From positions 806,001 to 870,000 of the forward strand of contig CAKKNE010000003.1 of assembly GCA_918797485.1 (NCBI GenBank): a stretch of DNA of 64,000 nt, given 5' to 3'. The notes beneath the pieces were generated by a model, which was not told where the DNA came from, did no database searches, and was given only the letters and a program-made list of their open reading frames with translations. How positions within the stretch are numbered: position 1 is the first letter of the stretch; every line of letters begins with the position of its first letter. The position numbers and the translations under genes were made by a program. The DNA is from Pelagomonas calceolata (lineage: Eukaryota). Below, piece by piece: positions 62,764-64,000 of the stretch.

Positions 62764-62894
62764 AGCGACGCCGTCGACGCGAGGCGCCGAAAAAAAGGCC
62801 GTTGATGCGGCGGCGAACGCCGTCGACGGGGCACATAACTGTTGTGGTTGTCTAGAAATTAGTACGCCACCGCTCTAGATCGGGGCTCGGATCC

Positions 62895-63482
62895 TCAGAG
62901 GCTGGGCCACTTGAGCGACCCGACGTCGACGGACTGCAAATCGGAAGCGGAGGGCGTCTGCTTCGTGTCCAAGTACAGCTTGCCCGCGCGCGCGCCCGAG
63001 ATGACGACCACGGAGATGAGCACGGCGAAGATGTCCGTCGGGATGGAAAAGATCTTGAACGTGAGGAGCATGCCCACCAAGGCGCCCACGGCCGCGCCCG
63101 GCAGCGCCGTCTCGATGCAGGCGCCGTACGAGTCCGCCGGCCGCGAGTACGCGTCCGTCGACGGCGCCGCGGCGAACCAGCCCAGCGCGAAGACCACAGC
63201 CCCGTAGACGCCCGCGAACAGCAAGCCGCAGAAGGCCGCGGCGGCGACGTCGATGAGCGCGCGCTCCTGGTTGTCCTTGAGGACGTCCAGGTTCTTCGAG
63301 CCGAAGGCCTTGGCGCTGTCGAGGTCCAGGTCGCCGACCTTCTCCTGGACGAGTTTGGCGACGTCCTCGGGCTTCTCCAACCCGAGCTTGTCGAGGGGGT
63401 TGTTGGCCAGAGGGGCGAGGCGCGTCGGGCGCGGGCCGACGAAGGCCGCGGCGGTGCCGACGAGGGCGAGCTTCGACCACAT
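62895..63482 (-). CDS. Plastid-targeted membrane protein of unknown function
   Basis: Bipartite leader MWSKLALVGTAAA-FV (ASAFAP-like); four hydrophobic segments. Confidence 0.7.
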   Translation of the reverse strand: MWSKLALVGTAAAFVGPRPTRLAPLANNPLDKLGLEKPEDVAKLVQEKVGDLDLDSAKAFGSKNLDVLKDNQERALIDVAAAAFCGLLFAGVYGAVVFALGWFAAAPSTDAYSRPADSYGACIETALPGAAVGALVGMLLTFKIFSIPTDIFAVLISVVVISGARAGKLYLDTKQTPSASDLQSVDVGSLKWPSL

Positions 63483-64000
63483 CGTCTGTCTTTGGCGCTA
63501 TGTGCTAGACCTGCGCGCGCGATCCTTTTCAGCGTCTGGCGTCGAGCGGCGCGACGCGTTCGCGGCGTAGTTGTGTGTCTGCTGCTGCCGGGCAATGCGT
63601 CTCGTCCCGGCGTCTGCGTCCGCGGCGCGGGCCGGCGTTTCGCCCAGTGACTATGACTCGATGTGTGTTGGCTGCTGCCAGACGGCGGGTCGGCGGCGCG
63701 GTTTAATCGGCTACGCCCTAGCCGCGGCTCCTGAGATGGCGCCAAGGCAGCAGCTGCCCTCCAGCTCGCTCGCATAGCATCGCTGAGCACTGCCGCCGCG
63801 CGAGGGCCAGCACACATGTCTAGGCAATGCGTCCGAGGCTGAATTTGCTTCTGGCGCTGGATTCCTGCCTCGTGGTCGGGCTTTATGAGGCGGAGAGTCT
63901 GATCAAATCCAGCAATTAATTAATGGATTTAGCGTTTCGAAGAGACCTCAACGCACCCGTTGCGAGGTCTTCGGGGACCTTGGCAGGTCCGTCGTACGGG

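Overview
GC-rich, very gene-dense eukaryotic DNA with short spliceosomal introns. The introner-type introns, a plastid-targeting leader and an expanded ankyrin family point to a pelagophyte alga (Pelagomonas/Aureococcus-like); this assignment is an inference. About 38 protein-coding genes or fragments can be supported, including BioD, DUF3804, a PIF1 helicase, an S28 peptidase, PrmA, eIF5A, thioredoxin, a KDEL receptor, PDK1, a NiCoT-like transporter, an acyl-CoA dehydrogenase and several ankyrin/LRR/IQ proteins. I recognised no rRNA, tRNA or CRISPR array. Many ORFs in the supplied track are antisense shadows, or real genes broken by introns that I reconstructed by hand. Main observations: (1) a kinase gene whose 7-blade WD40 propeller is built one repeat per exon, separated by seven near-identical 50-nt phase-0 introns, with variation concentrated at a few codons (candidate diversifying immune or allorecognition receptor); (2) at least six TIR/8-bp-TSD introner transposons that splice out precisely; (3) a ~23-bp CTAG-bounded motif found ten times, always in 5' intergenic regions; (4) a TTL-like ATP-grasp/PLP desulfurase-like fusion; (5) two headless genes joined back-to-back through a 20-nt spacer with outward-facing AG acceptors; (6) a picocyanobacterial-type DUF3804 gene.
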